A program made the position numbers and the translations under genes. The notes beneath the pieces were generated by a model. That model was given only the letters and a program-made list of their open reading frames with translations, made no database searches and had not been told where the DNA came from. DNA of 15,882 nt, from contig CAZFVS010000006.1 of assembly GCA_964522265.1 (NCBI GenBank), forward strand, positions 3,933-19,814, given 5' to 3'. Source of the DNA: an uncultured Gammaproteobacteria bacterium (GTDB taxonomy: Bacteria > Patescibacteriota > Microgenomatia > Daviesbacterales > UBA10151). Every line of letters starts with the position of its first letter. Position 1 is the first letter of the stretch. Shown here one piece after another: positions 14,435-15,882 of the stretch.

Positions 14435-15832
14435 GTGTATATAGAACTCGGCAGACCGGATGAACATTGCGGAATAGTGGGTGTTTACGGGGTAGAGGAT
14501 GCCGCCAGGGATGTTTACTTCAGTTTGTTCGCACTCCAGCATAGGGGCCAGGAAAGCGCAGGCATTAGCTCCGCTTATGGAAAATATATTTTTACCCATG
14601 CAGGCATGGGACTGATTCCCGCAGTATTCGATGAAGAAGATATCACTAAGTTGGTAGGGGATATGGCAATAGGACACACACGGTACTCTACCTATGGCGG
14701 TTCTAAAAAGGAATATTGCCAACCCGTAAGTTTGGATAAAAATTTGGTTTTAGCGCACAATGGCAACTTACCTATTACCAAACCACTCGAGGATTTTTTA
14801 GATTCCAAAGGCATTGAATGGAATAATTGCAACGATACTATGCTTATGTATAAAGCAATAAATTACAATCTCAAAAGAGGAGCGGAACTGTCTGATGCGG
14901 TTGAGCAAATTTACCATTTGGTGGACGGGGTCTATGCCTGCGTAGCTATGACATCAAGAGAGTTTGTCGCTTTCCAGGACCGCTGCGCTATGAAACCTCT
15001 GTGTATGGGCAGGGTAGGAAAATCAGGATATGTATTTGCTTCCGAAACCTGCGCCCTGGACACGATCGGTGCAAAGTTTATGGAAGAGGTAAAACCCGGG
15101 GAAATGTTTGTCTTAAAAGACAATAAGATGCGGCGGAAACAGGCAGTCACAGGAGACCTTAAAAGAGACAGCTGGGAATTTGTTTATTTTGCAAGACCGG
15201 ATAGTGTAATGCTTGGAAGAAGCATTGAGATAGTCAGACTCACACTTGGAAAACTTTTGGCTCAAAAATATCCAACTGATGCGGATATTGTAATCGGAGT
15301 TCCTAATTCAGGCACTACCGCCTCAATTGGCTACGCCCAAGAATCAGGCATTCCCTGGCAGGAAGGACTTATTAAAAATAATTATATTGGCAGGACCTTT
15401 ATCCAACCAAACAAAAGAGCGGAATTGGTAAGACTCAAGTTGAATCCTATTGAAGAGATTATTACCGGAAAAAGGGTTGTTTTGGTTGATGATTCAATCG
15501 TCAGAGGGACAACTACCCCAAAAGTTATCAGCATTTTAAGAAATAAAGGGGCGAGAGAGATACATATGCGTATTCCTGCACCCCCATATAAATGGCCTGA
15601 TTATTATGGTACAGATACTCCCATACAGGAAGGGCTGATTGCAGCTAAAAAAAGCGAAGAGGAGATCTGCAAATTTATTGGTGCAGATTCATTAAGGTAT
15701 CTATCCTTCGAAGCAACCATCCAGGCTATTGGTTTGCCTGAAAGCCAGCTTTCAACATCATGGTTTACCGGGGTTTACCCAATCTCTATAGGGGAATTAG
15801 CAAACAATATTAGGGATTTAAAAACTAAGTAA
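14435..15832 (+). CDS. purF: Amidophosphoribosyltransferase (glutamine PRPP amidotransferase)
   Basis: 465-aa ORF with a GTG start. The Ntn nucleophile context is HCGIVGVYG, followed by FALQHRGQESAGI. The PRPP loop is RVVLVDDSIVRGTTT. It starts 28 nt downstream of murA on the same strand. Confidence 0.93.
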   Translation: MYIELGRPDEHCGIVGVYGVEDAARDVYFSLFALQHRGQESAGISSAYGKYIFTHAGMGLIPAVFDEEDITKLVGDMAIGHTRYSTYGGSKKEYCQPVSLDKNLVLAHNGNLPITKPLEDFLDSKGIEWNNCNDTMLMYKAINYNLKRGAELSDAVEQIYHLVDGVYACVAMTSREFVAFQDRCAMKPLCMGRVGKSGYVFASETCALDTIGAKFMEEVKPGEMFVLKDNKMRRKQAVTGDLKRDSWEFVYFARPDSVMLGRSIEIVRLTLGKLLAQKYPTDADIVIGVPNSGTTASIGYAQESGIPWQEGLIKNNYIGRTFIQPNKRAELVRLKLNPIEEIITGKRVVLVDDSIVRGTTTPKVISILRNKGAREIHMRIPAPPYKWPDYYGTDTPIQEGLIAAKKSEEEICKFIGADSLRYLSFEATIQAIGLPESQLSTSWFTGVYPISIGELANNIRDLKTK

Positions 15833-15882
15833 TTGTTCAGGATTTGACAAAACCTTCTAGGATTAGGCACACTTAATTAATG

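Noticed and set aside
7722-15150. Other embedded antisense ORFs (7722-7991, 7859-8101, 8528-8830, 9071-9519, 13041-13322, 13521-13826, 13986-14180, 14294-14722, 14932-15150)
   Set aside because: All lie inside, and opposite to, highly recognisable housekeeping genes (PIG-L, carB, murA, purF). None shows motifs or expression signals.
15844-15849. Consensus TTGACA just downstream of purF near the right edge
   Set aside because: No acceptable -10 hexamer lies at 16-19 nt spacing within the remaining 33 nt. The downstream gene is outside the window.

Overview
AT-rich, gene-dense bacterial chromosomal segment. I saw no rRNA, tRNA, CRISPR array or IS element.

Left 7.5 kb: one tightly packed minus-strand surface-glycan operon with abutting or overlapping stops and starts.
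- It opens with a 1537-aa four-module membrane protein. The order is Dpm1/GtrB-like GT2, 2 TM, a processive D,D,D,QxxRW GT2 synthase, about 4 TM, an about 12-TM Wzx/MOP flippase-like block, then GT4.
- Next come a minimal protein-kinase-like phosphotransferase (HRDLKPHN loop), a hexapeptide-repeat acetyltransferase and a GT4.
- The operon ends in the first 80 codons of an FdtA-like sugar 3,4-ketoisomerase that runs off the left edge and is absent from the ORF track.
- A PIG-L/LmbE deacetylase is transcribed divergently from this operon.

Right half: housekeeping genes.
- carA-carB lie on the minus strand.
- A roughly 58-codon two-TM small ORF, also missing from the ORF track, has its own promoter, SD and GC-rich terminator.
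- murA has its real start at 13147 and carries Asp in place of the fosfomycin-target Cys.
- purF has a GTG start, an 11-residue propeptide and no Fe-S ligand set.

The most unusual object is the giant fusion, which puts synthase-type and Wzx-type polysaccharide machinery in one polypeptide. All functional calls come from by-eye motif recognition and no searches were run.
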